From NCBI RefSeq assembly GCF_009914755.1, contig NC_060947.1: 64,000 nucleotides of DNA. The stretch is one strand, 5' to 3'. This document shows positions 47,020 through 60,962 of the stretch, in pieces (the first letter of the stretch is position 1; the number at the start of each line of letters is the position of its first letter). Origin of the DNA: the human T2T-CHM13v2.0 reference genome, Homo sapiens. Position numbers and translations under genes: made by a program. The notes beneath the pieces are model-generated. The model ran no database searches. It was not told where the DNA came from and saw nothing but the letters and a program-made list of their open reading frames with translations.

Positions 47020-47440
47020 TGATATGGTGCAAACAGGAGTGGACCACAGATTCTTGAGTTATAGACCTGAATTCTGGTCCTGCCACTGAGCCAACATTGC
47101 ACCTTAAGCAAAATTTATTTTTTCTATATGTTAAATGGATGGATTAGACAAAACCAGCATTTTTCAAAGTTTGTTCTTTAGAATATTAATTCTATGAAAT
47201 CCTCTGTAAAATGAGTTTTATATTCAAATAATTTGAACAAACATTAAATGTTATACAGTTTTGTTAGCATTTTATAATACACACTAGAATATTAAAAACT
47301 CTTGGAAGTCCTGAAATAGAGTACTGTCAACTTTATTTCATGCAATATTTTTCAAACATATCTAATCTCAGAATTTATTTTTCTTAAAATATTTACTAAC
47401 ATCATGTAGGAATACAATTACATGGAACCTCCTTTTGGTG
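47020..47440. mobile_element. MIR fragment (about 47020-47150) followed by a hAT-Charlie-like MER (about 47155-47440)
   Basis: agacctgaattctggtcctgccact..accttaagcaa; cagcatttttcaaagtttgttctttagaatat. Confidence 0.5.
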
Positions 47441-47533
47441 AAGTATACTCTTCTTTTGAAGGCCCTGCTTATGGTTAAGTCTGAGCTGGCATTCAATCTA
47501 TGGTATAATGTCTTTTTGATATAGAAGGTATTA

Positions 47534-47869
<336 letters not shown>

Positions 47870-47949
47870 CTATATACACAGATACATACATATACACATA
47901 TATGTATACATTTATGTGTATGTATGCATGTGCATTACAAACACGCATA

Positions 47950-48410
47950 TGCCATATATCTTCCGTTTGTTCCTCAAAATCAACTTCCAAGGTGGCTGAC
48001 CTAATTGGACTTCATCTTCTAGATTCTTGTGTCCTCTGGGTTCAGTCAACAGGAGGCACTATAAGAAAATTGGATAAAGGACAATAAGGTCAGCATTATT
48101 ATTGCCTTGGCTTCCTCTCTGAGAACTTGGCCTGTGTGGCTTAAATCTGTAAACCAAAAAACACTGCTCATTTCAAGGTGGCCAACTCTACAGAATTGCC
48201 TCTTCTTCCAGATATTAGCAATTGCTCCCTCCCTTAGTCCTCTCCTAGAAGTGATAACAGCTCAAGGTCCGCTATCTTGGCTGACTTCCCTATCTCTTGT
48301 TTCTCTCTCATATCTATCCCCTTTATAAATAGTGCCTTTGTAAAGAAGTCTGTTTGAAATTATTCTATTTTGAGTGTGCCATCTGCTTCTGCTTGAGACT
48401 CTAACTAATC
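47950..48410 (+). mobile_element. ERVL solo LTR, LTR33-like
   Basis: tcttccgtttgttcctc..tgggttcagtcaacaggaggcact..tttgagtgtgccatctgcttct..actctaactaat. Confidence 0.7.
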
Positions 48411-48429
48411 CCCTGTTTTCAGCAAGTTT

Positions 48430-48640
48430 AGCTTGAAGTTCATGTGGAATCTCCAGGTGGAGATATAAAGAAGTAGAGAATTGGATCAATGGGTTTGGAG
48501 CTCAAGAGAGATGCCTAAACTAGAGCTAGTGATATGATACTCATTAATTATGGGAGGACATTGAAGCTGTGGCAGAGAAGGTAATTGTCCAACAAGAGTG
48601 TAGAGTAAAAGAAAGACTCAAAACAGAAGAAAGTCTGCAA
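48430..48640 (-). mobile_element. L2 fragment
   Basis: ccaggtggagat..ggtttggagctcaagagag..attgaagctgtgg..gagtgtagag. Confidence 0.6.
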
Positions 48641-49448
48641 GGAAGGAATATTACCTCCTAGAAAGAGGGATTATTCAGCATAAGAATATGGTTGTTTAAT
48701 GAGAAAGGACCCAGGCAAAAAGAAGGTGGATAATTTTAAGGGATATTTTATCCAGACCATCTCTACCTGTTAACAACACTTTCTAGGAACTTTGAGTTTG
48801 GGTGTCTTCAAATTCTGGTGGTGCTTAGACTTTGCTGGATACACTGTGCCACCTGGGATCTCTCTGACATCTTGTTTCTCTCTGTGTCCATAATGATTCC
48901 ATCTCTTACTGATTCACACATTCTCCCTACAGATGTTAACACAACTGATCAAGCTGTGATCAAGCTGCTTGATTTATCTTCAGGAAGATAAATATATTTT
49001 CTCTTAACATTGTATGTTGATTTTATCAACCAACTTCTGAAATCTGGGATTGTTCCACTGCCTTTCTGTATACCACAAAATGTATCATTGCAGTGGTCCA
49101 TGCATAAGCAATTACCAGGGATACCTCCATTTCCATTCTTGCTATAAGAGAGAAAGTATCCTTGCCAAAATATTTTAAGAAGAAGTTTATAAGAAGATGC
49201 AGCATAGAGTTTTAAAAAAAAGTTTTCTGGATTAGCAATCAGGAAATCTGGGTTTTTGATCTGAAAATGAACTAAACTTCCAAGTAATTTTGGGCCTTAG
49301 TTTGTTTTGTTTTGTTTTTTAATCTATAATATGAAAGAATTGGTCTAGATTGGTATTTTTAAAAATGTTTTCCTTGGAGCCCTAGGTTACTACTTCAGAA
49401 AGCACTTCAGGAAGGAATGGGAAATTGAGAAGGTGGGCTCTTGGTGAA

Positions 49449-52376
49449 GGATATAATTTGCATATTTTCCCCTCCAAATCTTATGTTGAAATATAATCCC
49501 CAGTACTGGAGATGGGGCCTAGTGGAAGATGTTGGATCATACAGGAGGATCCCTCCTGAATGGGTTAGCATCATTCTTGCTGTAATGAGTGACTTTTCAC
49601 TTTGAGTTCATGTGAGATCTTTTACTAAAAAAGTGTGACACCTTCCTTTTCTCTTTCTTGTTCCCACTCTTGCCATGTGATGTGCCTGCTCCCCATTTGC
49701 CTTTCCATCATGATTATAAGCTTCCTAGTGCCCTCAAAAGAAGCAGATTCTGGCACAATGCTTCCTGAACAATTTGTAGAACCATGAATCAATTAAATCT
49801 TTTTTTCTTTATACATTATGCAGCCTCAGGTATTTTTTATAGCAACTGAAAAACAGACTAATACAAAAAACTGGTACTAAGAGGTGGGGCATTGCTATAA
49901 AGATACCTGAAAATGTGGAAGAGTCTTAGAAACTGAATAGTGGGCAGAGACTGAAAGAGTTTAGAGGGCTCAGGAGAAGACAGGAGGATGAGAAAAAGTT
50001 TGAAAACAAATGGTTCCAAGTGGCTATGACAAAAGTGCTGATAGAAATATGGACAGTGAAGTCCAGGGTGATGAGGTTTCAGGTGGAAATGAGGAAGTTA
50101 TTGGAAACTGGAGTGAAGGTCACCCATGTTACACCCTAGCAAAGAACTTGGCTGCACTATGTCCAAGTCCTAAAGATCTGTTGAAGTTTGTGCTTAAGAG
50201 TGATAACCTAGGGTATCTGGAAGGAGAACTTTATTTGTTTTATGTTTCATTTTAATAGTTTTGGGGATACAGGTGTTTTTTTTTTTGTTACATGGATGAG
50301 TTCTTTAGTAGTAAATTCTGTGATTTTAGTGCACCTGTCATCTGAGCAGTGAACACTGTACCCAATATGTTGTCTTTTATTCCTTGCCTCCCTCCCAAAC
50401 TCCCCCCCAGAGTCTCCACAGTCTATTATATTGTTCTGTACATCTTTGCATCCTCATAGCTTAGCTCCCACTCATAAGTGAGAACATAGGACATTTTTTT
50501 TTTTATTCCTGAGTTACTTCACCTAGATAATGACTTCCAGTTCCATCACAGTTGCTGTAAAAGACATTATTTTTCCTTTCCTGAGTTCCTTTTATGGCTG
50601 AGTAGTATTTCATGTTGTATATATACATTTTCTTATCCACTCATTGGTCAGTGGGTACTTAGGTTGGTTTCATATCCTTGCAGTTGTGAATTGCACTCCT
50701 ATAAACATGCATGTGCATGTATTTTTTTCATATAATGATGGCATAAGAAATTTCTAAGCAGCAAAGCATTCAAGAGGTGGTCTGCCTACCTCTAACAGTC
50801 TATGATCAGATATGCAAGCAAAGAAATGACTTAAAGTTGGAACTTATATTTAAAAGGGAAGCAGATAGTACAAGTTTGGAAAATTTGCAGCCTGGCCTGT
50901 GGTAAAGAAAGAATCCAAGCAGGCTATGGAACAACCACTTGCTAGAGAGATTAGCATGACTAAAAGGAAGCCCAGTGCTAATATCCAAGACAATAGGAAA
51001 AAGACCTGGAAGGCATTTCAGTAGTCTTCAGAACAGCCCTTCCCATCACAGGCCAGAGGCCTAGAAAGAAAGAATGGTTTCAGTGGCCTGCCCAGCCTCA
51101 GGACACTGCACCTCACATCCTGGATCCTCTGGCTCTAGCCTCAGCTCAGAAGTGCCCAGGTACAGCTCAAGCGGCTGCTTCAGAGAATGTAAGTTATAAG
51201 CCTTGGTAGATTCCACATAGTATGAAGCCGGCAGATACAAAGAACACAAACATGAAGTAGGCTTGGCAGCTTCCACCTAGATTTCAGAGGATGTGTGGAA
51301 AAATCTGGGTGCCTGCTGCAGGGGCAGAGCCACAGCACTGAGCCTCTACTAGGGCAGGACTGAGGGGAAATGTGGGGTTGGAGGACCCACACTACCAAGG
51401 AACTGCCTAGTGGAGCTATTGGAAGGGTGACCCCACCCTCCAGATCTGAGAATGATAGAGTCAGCAGTGCTTTTCATTCTCAGTCCAGGCACTGGACTCC
51501 AACCCATCAGGACAGCCACAAGCGCTGCATCTAGCAAAGCCACAGGGGCAGAACTGCCCACAGTATAGCATCCACCCCTCATACCAGTGTACCCTGGATG
51601 TGGGACATGGAGTCAAGGGAGATTATTTTAGAGCTTTAAAATCTAATGACTGCCATATCTGGTTCTCAGGCTTGTGTGGGGAATATTGCCCCTTTCTTTT
51701 GGCTGATTTCTCCCTTTTGAAATGGGAATGTCTACCCAATGTCTGTACCATCATTCCACCTTGGGAGTAAATAACTTGTTTTTCCATCTGACAGGCTCAT
51801 AGGTAGAAGAAACATCTCCACATGCAACTTTGGACTTTGGGTTCAATACTTGGGACTTTTGAGTTCATGCTGGAAAGTTAAGACTTTGGGGGACTATTGG
51901 AAAAGTATGATTTTATTTTGCAATGTGAGAAGGAGATGAGATTTTAGGAGCCAGGGGCTCGATGATATAGTTTGGATATTTGTCCCCTCCAAATCTCATG
52001 TTGAAAGGTAATCCCCATTGTTGGAGTTGCGGTCTAGTTGGAGGTGTTGGATCATGGGGGAGAATCCCCCATGAATAGCTTAGCACCGTTCTTGCTGTAA
52101 TGGGTTATTTCTTGCTCTGAGTTCACGAGTGATTTGGTTAAGAGTGTGGCATTTCCCCACCTTCTCTCTCTTGCTCTTGCTCTCATGACATAACAAGCCT
52201 ACTTCCCCTTCACCTTCTGCCATGATTGTAAGCTTCCTGAGGCCCTCATCAGAAACAGATGTCAGCATCATGCTTCCTGTGCAGCCTGCAGAACCATGAG
52301 CTAATTCAACTCTTTTCTTTATAAATTACCAAGCCTCAGGTATTTCTTTATACCAATGCAAAAATTGACTAATACA
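49449..52376 (+). mobile_element. complete MaLR element of the MST (MSTA/MSTB) family: LTR 49449-49865, internal region, LTR 51963-52376
   Basis: two direct LTRs (t)gatatagtttggatatttgtcccctccaaatctcatgttgaa..gactaataca; internal start ctggtactaagaggtggggcattgctataaagatacctgaaaatgtggaa; polypurine tract ggagccagggg. Confidence 0.92.
50230..50738 (-). mobile_element. 5'-truncated L1PB-type 3' fragment inserted in the MST internal region
   Basis: ttacatggatgagttctttagt..gtgcacctgtcatctgagcagtgaacactgtaccc; the MST sequence gggtatctgg..gaaatttctaagcagc is split around it. Confidence 0.85.
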
Positions 52377-53569
52377 GCCCATATCCCCATTTTTCCAGAG
52401 CAGCTTTGCTTTCTCTTGTAGACCTTCAATTGCATGTAAGATTTTATTTGAATGAAAGACTTCATTGCACACCCAACCAACCAACCAAAGAATCAAAACA
52501 CCCTGGATGATTTTTGGGATCCCTTCTAGAGATTAAAGTCTAGAAGTTTAAAGATGAGAGCATAGATAACAGTATCTTACCTGAAAAAGATTGCTTTGTG
52601 AGATACTTTTGGCTCCCAGGTATAGTCATTCTATGGGCAGAGAAAGGCCATAGCTGACTAAGCTTAGTCTCCTGGTTCTGGTACTGCCTTAGCCTATTGT
52701 AATCCCATATCTCCAGTTATATGGTGGCAGAAAGGGGGAGTCTAGACTTTATTATGGTGTATTTTTTGTCCCTCTCCCACAGTGAATTATTCAGGGCTAT
52801 GTGGGAGAGGGGTATTATTTAGGTAAGATGGACCAGGTTCCTAAATTAGAAAGCAAACAAGCTCAAAATGTTTCTCTCACAAAACTGTGGTCTCTAATCT
52901 CTCCCCTCCCATCTTTATTATTCTTCTATTAATTTTGTGGTTGGAACAAGTCTAAATACAAGTAAAATCTCCCCCACATGGCCATCCTTTTCAGCCAGAT
53001 TCCAAAGTACAGGGAACTATGTTGTTTTCACCATTTGCTTTACATCTGGAATCTCAAAAGAGGATGAAGCAAGGGTAAGCCTTGGTCTATGCCTCCTAAC
53101 AGAAATTCTGATGCTGGGCTGCTGGAGACTGAGCCAGAGCAGAAAATAAAGAGAGAATCTTCTTTGTTTTGGCAAGAAAAGGGATACACAAAAGATAGGC
53201 CTCCACAGAAGATATGAGTTGGTTGTCAGAAATGTGGTTTGCAAGGCAAGTCAGAGAAACTAAATGAGAACTCTCAGAAATTGGATTCCAGCTGTCAATA
53301 ACCTTAGAAAGGAAAAAGAAATTTAGGCTCAAATTTTTGAAAGTAGCCAGGAAAAGAGGCAGCTACCATGATGTCAGAGGATCCAAAAAGTGATTTTCTT
53401 GTCAAGACTTCTGCCTTTCTCACTATTGATCCTTGACTGCCCTTACAGAGTAACTCAGGGAGAAAGGAATGGAGCTTAAGTGTGAAATCCCCTTGGGCTC
53501 TGTGACATCAGTTTTCTACTTTGTCCACATACCACGACTTTTGAACATGGTGTCAGAAATAATTCTAGT

Positions 53570-53935
53570 TCACTTCAGGAAACACTGACATAAGTGCCTA
53601 CAAAGTGCCATACCATGTGTTAGGCCAAACATTTCACAGCCTAATAGGAGAAAGAGTAAACACAATTTCAACACAAAACATAAGTGGAGTGATAGTTGTC
53701 CAAATAGCATCTTGCAGAAGCATAAAGAAGGGGCACTTGACTTGAAGACACAGTTTCATAGAACATGAAATCTGAACAGAAATAAAAGATGCAGTCCAAT
53801 TTCATCTCTGTGTAGATTGGAAAAGTGAGGTTCAGAATACTGAAGAGACTTGTCCAAGGTTACAGAGCCAGACAATGGCAGAACTGGACTTCTAGTTTAG
53901 AGAATTAGGCTCAGTCAGTCCTCTGCCATTCTGCA
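53570..53935 (-). mobile_element. L2 3' fragment (about 53570-53780) and MIR (about 53800-53935)
   Basis: aagtgcctacaaagtgcca..tgttagg; gaggttcaga..gacttgtccaaggttacagagc..tggcagaactggac. Confidence 0.65.
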
Positions 53936-54349
53936 CAGATAATGAACTTTTCCCTCCTTCAAAGTGGGCATTTTGATCTGCAAATTATCTCAGGACTCTG
54001 GCCTGGGAAAACATATAGAAGAAGCTAGTGAAGTGTCTGCAGTGTGAAGGACATGTCTGTTGATTTCCTGAAAAAGCAGAGTATATCTGTCTTTGTGTGT
54101 CCTTTCCCTTCTTATGATGGGCTCCACATCAAAAGGGCTCACACAGAAATCTACCATTGCTTATTTGTGTAGCAAGACTAGGATTCCCAAATTTATTATC
54201 CCTAGAAACAGTGGAATTCTGGTTGGGAAGAAAACATCTTGGGTCCCCTTATCTCTCTTCCAGTTTAAGAGTTGTTTCTAATACTCTCAGGGCAAGACAA
54301 TGGTAGAAAAGTTTCTCTAATATAATTCTGTTAAAAGTTTCATATTCCA

Positions 54350-54468
54350 TCCAGGCACAGTGGCATTCACCTGAAATCCCAGTTACTTGGGAGGCTGAGG
54401 CAGGAGGATCGCTTGAGCCCAGGAGTTTGAGGCCAGCCTAGGCAACATAGCAAGACCCTATCTCTAAA
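54350..54468 (+). mobile_element. free left Alu monomer (FLAM_A-like)
   Basis: monomer with ggaggatcgcttgagcccaggagtttgaggccagcctaggcaacatagcaagaccc; TSD aaaagttt(c/a)atattcc on both sides. Confidence 0.9.
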
Positions 54469-54489
54469 AAAAGTTTAATATTCCTGTTA

Positions 54490-54790
54490 GGTGTTCATTC
54501 AACACCTTTGTGAGCACCTTCAGTAACAGGGACCCGACTCTCCTCAGAGATAAACAGTTCCATCTCAGAATAAATCTGAAAGAAAGCACTGTCTTATGGC
54601 CAATAGACAGACATTTGATTCCTTGAAGTTTCTTCCTTCTGGGGACATTCTCATTAGGTTGGTATCCTCTGGCTTTCAGAGATTTGAAGACCAAACTTAC
54701 ACCACTTGGAGTTTTCTATTCTCCAGGATCAACAATCTCACATCCTTCAATTGCTCTTCATGGGACCTAGATTCTAGCCCTCTTCTTGAC
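54490..54790 (-). mobile_element. L3/CR1 LINE fragment
   Basis: caccttcagtaacaggga..cagttccatct; ttttctattctccaggatcaacaatctcacatccttcaattgctcttcat. Confidence 0.65.
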
Positions 54791-54899
54791 TGTAATGCTC
54801 TAGACGCATTCTTGTTTTGGCTCAAGGAAAGCATGTGGGGAGATGTACTCTTTCATATATTTCTGGTAGGAATGTTAATTGACAGAGATTCAGGATAGG

Positions 54900-55450
54900 A
54901 TAATTTAGCAACATCTATAACTATTTTAAATATGGATACCTTATGACTCAGGAACTCTACATTTAAGACTCCATCCTACAAAACTAGCAGCATCATTGGA
55001 TGGATAGATAGATACATAGACAGATAGATAAATGTGGTATTTCTTATCACAGGAAAAACTGGAAAAATTTAAGTGCTCACTAAACAAGCATTGATTTAAA
55101 AATTTGCTATAGCCATACTATGAAATAAAGTGCTAGCAATGATGTGACTGAAGTAGAGTTACTTTATAATATGGAAAGATGCCCAAGGTACATTATGTGA
55201 AAAAAAGTAAGTTGAAAATCAATATGCACTCTATGATTTCATTTTTGTAAAATAAACCCACAAAATTATATGTGGGTATATTTATATGAAAACATAAATT
55301 TTATAGGCATAGGAAACATCTGTAAAGATACACACTAAATTATCTCTGAAACATAGGCTTGAAAGGGAAATGAGAAGGAGAGAGTTTTCTCCTTGATAAA
55401 TGTCTATATTGGTTTCAATGAGCATGAATTACTTTTCAAGTTAAAATACA
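54900..55450 (+). mobile_element. L1ME-type 3' fragment with (GATA)n
   Basis: atggaaagatgcccaag..gaaaaaagtaagttg..tatgatttcatttttgtaaa..aagatacacactaaa. Confidence 0.7.
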
Positions 55451-55544
55451 TTAAGATGATAAAATAAGAGGATAGCTGAAGAAACCAAGTTGACTCATCC
55501 CCTCTACTTCCTCATTTATGACAGTCATCCCAGGGATATCTGTA

Positions 55545-55785
55545 CAGAGGCAGGTATAACATAGGGTTTACTGTGGGTCCTGGAACCAGACTGCCTGGGT
55601 CCAAATTCAAGCTTTGATTTAGTAGCACATGATTGTGGTGAAGTTACTTATAAATCAGTTTCCTCCTTTTTGAAATAGGGATAAACATTATTCTTACCTC
55701 AGGAAGTTGTTCTGAGAATTAAATAGTTTAATACGTGTAAAATACTCAAATCATGACTAGCACGTAATAAAAGTTTAGTAGATAT
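55545..55785 (+). mobile_element. MIR SINE
   Basis: gaggcaggtataacatag..tggaaccagactgcctgggtccaaatt..aagttactt..tcagtttcctc..tgagaattaaat. Confidence 0.85.
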
Positions 55786-55924
55786 AATTCATATATCAAT
55801 ATAATTCATATTGTCTTATAATCAATTATATCCTGTCAGTTGTCAAGACTTTAAATACTCATCTTCCTTAACTCTTTCCTTTTCCTCACTCTTCACAATA
55901 AGTCAATCACCATGTCCTGAATTC

Positions 55925-56008
55925 TATTAGGTCAAGCTGTATGCAGTTCCCATTTCTGTAGAGCAGAAAGGGTCAAATATCAGTCATGTTCCATAGTTCA
56001 ACCTAATA
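55925..56008. mobile_element. MADE2-like mariner MITE inside an L2 fragment (about 55850-56250)
   Basis: TA-ttaggtcaagct..atagttcaacctaa-TA: about 80 bp, terminal inverted repeats, TA TSD. Confidence 0.8.
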
Positions 56009-57249
56009 CCTTCCCAAGGTTTAACAAAACTTCTCATTTTCTTACATTACTAGGCTTGGACTGTTACAGCAGTTAGTCTTTTAATTGATCTCCCCAATCC
56101 CTAGTTCTCTTCTTACACTAAGCTGCCTTACATGCATACTCCCGATGGAATTATGACCCTAAACCTACTGATCATGCTTCATCCTGCTCACAGGCCACCA
56201 ATGACTTCCTATTGATCACAAAAGGAATTTTCATTCTCTTTTCTGACAATGTATATATAACAGGTAATGTTCACATGTATGATACACTCTCATGGACTTA
56301 CTCTGATTTTGGGTTACCACAAAACCTGTTCTGCAGGGAAGTGAAGCACATTCACCGCAAATTTTTGATGTGTTATTCATAGAAGCATTTTGCAAAACTG
56401 TGAGTAATTAAATCAAAATTTAAATTTCCTCGGCCATTTTGAATGATGTCAGAAGGTATTAACCTAATAACATTAAGTGTTTTAAAATAACTCTCAGAGA
56501 TGATTTTATTTCTTTTAATGAGGAACAAAGTTGATGGAAATAACTTGTAAACTTCTTGGCAGCTTGCTCAGGATTTGATTTTAAATGTATCTTTAACGTG
56601 TTTGGAACCATTGATCAAGTCAACCATGACTGGACTCTACCCCCCCCCAGGGCATTGTGGTTTGCAATTGTTTTTCTCATCAACCCAACTGAGTTTGAAA
56701 TTTATAAAACTGCCTTTTTGTTTATAATACTGTACACAGCATATGTTCATTAAGCACTTATTATGTAATTGGTACTATGCTCTTCTGTGATCTTATTAAC
56801 AGAAACATTCATAGTGTCATTCTCACTTATGTACGAAGTAAATATAGAGGCAGTGAGCACCCTTTATTTATCTATCCTTGCCTTTCTCTAATAATGAATG
56901 TACCCATGTGTAAGGTAAAAAGAAAAATATAAGTAACTGTAAAGTTACAGCTTACAAGCCCTACAACTTCCAAGTCCTTACATTCATAGTCACCTACTGT
57001 AGAATGATTAGGTATAAGACTGGGTAAATATAAGGGTGAGGGTTTTATGTAATTCTTAGTAAGCTAGCTTATAACTCCACCCAAGCCCATCTCTTACTCA
57101 AGAAAGCACATTGGAAAACAAGTTAGTAAAGATGATCTTATTATAGGATAACTCTAAATCTACTTAATTTTCCTTTCAGGTAAATCATTTGCAAACTTTG
57201 GTACTTTAAATTTTATGGGTAACAGATTACTTTCGACACATCAGTGCGT

Positions 57250-57640
57250 TGCAACACTGATCTGGTCTTCTGAATAAAGTCCAAGGCCTTTTGGCTGGCC
57301 TTCAGGAGAGGCTGTGCTCTGGCCCTCATCTTTTATGAGTACCTTCCCCATACCTATTGCTCTGAAGAAATGGATCTCGTCACTGCTGTCTATTCACTCC
57401 AAGCCTTGGTGCTTTCTCTTCATATCAAGGACTAGTGTTGGAGCCAGAATTTAATCCCAGGCAGGTAGTCTGGCTATAGAGTTCGGGTATTTAACCAGTA
57501 CACTCTACTGCCTCTCACATAATTCTTGCATTATAGTGCTTGCTGTAAGGTGCAGGAGGAAGGCAGAATGTCTCTTTCACGTGAATTTTTGTCCTCTATG
57601 GAACCGTGCATGTAGTAGGTCTACTCAACCCACTTAATGT
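57250..57640. mobile_element. L2 fragments with an embedded MIR fragment (about 57415-57520, -)
   Basis: aataaagtccaag..ggccttcagg; ggagccagaatttaatcccaggcag..tctggctatagag..aaccagtacact. Confidence 0.55.
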
Positions 57641-57989
57641 GGGTTTAATTAATACCCTAGCTTTCTGGAATGTTAAAAAATGTAAGCAGCATTTAAAAAT
57701 AAATATATTAAAGTTTAGGGAAGCTACATTAAAAATTGTACCCAATGTATTTTTATATTAGACCCTGTGGCAAACCAAAAAGACTACCGGAGATAGGAAA
57801 ACAAACTTTGCCTTGTGAATTCGCTGTTTACTGCTTCACAAAGATTCCAGATGGCTCGTAGCATAGCTACTCCTTCAAGTTTAAAGGTTAAAGGTTAAAA
57901 GTTATAGAACTGTAGTGGCAATTTACAAAGCCACTGCATTTAAATTCTATTGCTTCATATATAACAAGTGTTATGTGTTATTTCTTTAT

Positions 57990-58500
<511 letters not shown>

Positions 58501-58659
58501 TACCCTCATCCTATCTCTTCACTGAGATTACAAAATCCTAGCATGGGGCTAATTACAGGGGAAGATTATAATACATACCAAGATACATGGGCTTTGGCCA
58601 GTGGCTTTGGGGAGGCAAAATTGAAACCTATAGAATGTTAAGCAGCAATTCAGCGTATG

Positions 58660-59520
58660 ATTTTTTCTTTAAATCTGGAAGTCATCACTGCCTGTTCTTG
58701 TCACTAACTCCTCACACCAAATACAGCACCAAGTCTTGTCTATTTTGCCTCCTAAATATCTCAAATATGTTCCTTTATTTGTAAACCCTCACTGTCTCTC
58801 ACCCGGATGGTTGCAACAGCCTTCTCATTGGTCTCCTTTTGGTTTTGCTCTACCTGATTCCACTCTCCACACTGTTGCCCTCTTTCTAAAGTTCAAATCT
58901 AATCATGTCACTCAGTGGCTTAAAACAATTTAGTAATTCTTCATCATGCTAACGGTAAAATAAAGGAAAAACTACTTAATGTGACTTGCTGGTCAGTTAT
59001 GTCCAATCCCTGCCTTTCTCTTTGGTCTTATATCTGCCTACTTCTCACACGCAAACTGTATGATTTGGTACAATTGAACCACCTAGAATTCTACAGACAA
59101 CAATTCATTATGTCTCTGTCTCTGTCTCTCCCCACTCACCCTCTTTGTACATGCTTAAATGCCCTAAAGCCCTTACAGTGGCCTAAAAGTCCTTACATCT
59201 TTTTGCTTCATCCACTGGCTTCTTTCCTGTTTGTTGAACACATCGAGCACACTCTGATTTAAGGGTTTTTGCACTTGCTGTTTTCTCTGCTTTAATTGCT
59301 CTTTGTCTTCCTATATACATTGACCCATCAATTTCCTTCACATCTCTGTTCAGACATTATCACAATTCTATTTACAATAGCACCCTATCCCCCTCACTCT
59401 TTATCCTATACTTTTTATCTTCTTGACCTGTTTACTTTTCTTTATACTATCTGATTTACACATGTATGTGTATGAGTGACCTGCTTTCAGAATATTTGCT
59501 CCATGAGAGCAGAAACTAAA
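58660..59520 (+). mobile_element. L2 LINE (3' region, fragmented)
   Basis: caccaagtcttgtctattttgcctcctaaatatctc..ttgcaacagccttctcattggtctcc..tttgcacttgctgttttctctgc..gctccatgagagcag. Confidence 0.8.
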
Positions 59521-59941
59521 GGTTATTTAAATGAGTGCATCTTTTGGTTTCAAAAACTTTTAATTCCTACATTTCCAATTTTTTCCTGGGTAATGTCTAT
59601 TTAATCTTCAGCTTACATCTTTTTTTTTTGCAGCAAACAGCTAGGTTAGGCATGCTTCCTCGGGCCTTCCCCAGCTCCTGCTTTCTCTTATGACAACACT
59701 AATCAGATTATTTCTCTGTGGAAAGGGTAAATGGGCCCAGATCATGGCAGTCACTGAATGCCACATCAGACTGTTTGAATTTCATCCTATTAGTTGTGAA
59801 ATCATTGCAAAATTATTCAGGGGCATATTATGTCTTGAAAGAATGTTTTTGAAATATTTTCTAGCCACAGTGTGCAAGATATATTAAAGGAGAGCAGGGA
59901 GAGCAGAGACCTCTATGAACAGGGATATAAAGACTGAGACA

Positions 59942-60240
59942 GGTCAGGCGCAGTGGCACACTCCTGTAATCCCAGCACTTTGGGAGGCTGAGGCAGGCAG
60001 ATCACCTGAGGTCGGGAGTTCGAGACCAGCCTGATCAACATGGAGAAACCCTGTCTCTACTAAAAATACAAAATTAGTTGGGCATGATGGTGCATGCCTG
60101 TAATCCCAGCCACTCAGGAGGCTGAGGCAGGAGAATTGCCTGAACTCGGGAAGCAGAGGTTGCGGTGAGCCGAGATCACACCATTGCACTCCAGTCTGGG
60201 CAACAAGAGCAAAACTTCTTCTAAAAAAACAAAACAAAAA
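59942..60240 (+). mobile_element. AluSp-like
   Basis: gaggtcgggagttcgagaccagcctgatcaacatggagaaacc; caacaagagcaaaact; TSD aa(a/g)gactgagaca at 59929-59941 and 60241-60253. Confidence 0.97.
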
Positions 60241-60604
60241 AAGGACTGAGACAAAGGGAAAAAACTTGAAGCATGCAGAATTCAGAATGGGTCTGGAGCT
60301 GTCATGAAGGAATAATTAACAGGGCTATATGACAGTTAGATACAGTGAAAGATGCAAATTATGGCAATGACAATATTAAGTTATCGAATCTGGGTGCCTA
60401 TAGAGTTGAGCTGGAGTGGTTCAAGGGGAAATCTAAGTGGAAATGGTCATCAAGTAGTTGCAAATTTGAAGTCACAAAGTTAAAGATGCTCTGATAGGTT
60501 TGGGGGTCACACTTGTTAGAAAGACTGTGCTTCTGAGGAAGACAGTGGAGAGCATAGATATCTCCACTTTTGATGTTAATTCTATGGTGGCATCTAAAGC
60601 TAAA

Positions 60605-60715
60605 TTTTATTGTTCTTTTTTTATGATTGTACTTTAAGTTTTAGGGTACATGTGCACAATGTGCAGGTTAGTTACATATGTATATATGTGCCATGTTGGT
60701 GTGCTGCACCCAGTA
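60605..60715 (-). mobile_element. very short L1PA4/5-age 3' terminus
   Basis: actttaagttttagggtacatgtgcacaatgtgcaggttagttacatatg..gtgctgcacccagta. Confidence 0.9.
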
Positions 60716-60769
60716 GGCTTTGAAGAAAGAAGTCACTAGATAGAAAACATGACTAAAACTGATTAAGCT

Positions 60770-60962
60770 CTGCCTGTGTGCTAGTTACTGTGCTAGGCGT
60801 ACAGTGGGTATTTGATTCTCACAACAATGCTATGCACTAGGTTATGTTTCTCCCATTTTATAGATGAATAAACAGAGGCTCAGCAAAATTTCATATAGCC
60901 AGGAAAAGGTTAAGCTTGCATGGGAGCTCCGATCTTTGTGATTCTTTCTACTGCACCACCAC
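60770..60962 (-). mobile_element. MIR SINE
   Basis: actgtgctaggc..attctcacaacaa..cccattttatagatgaataaacagaggctcag. Confidence 0.8.
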
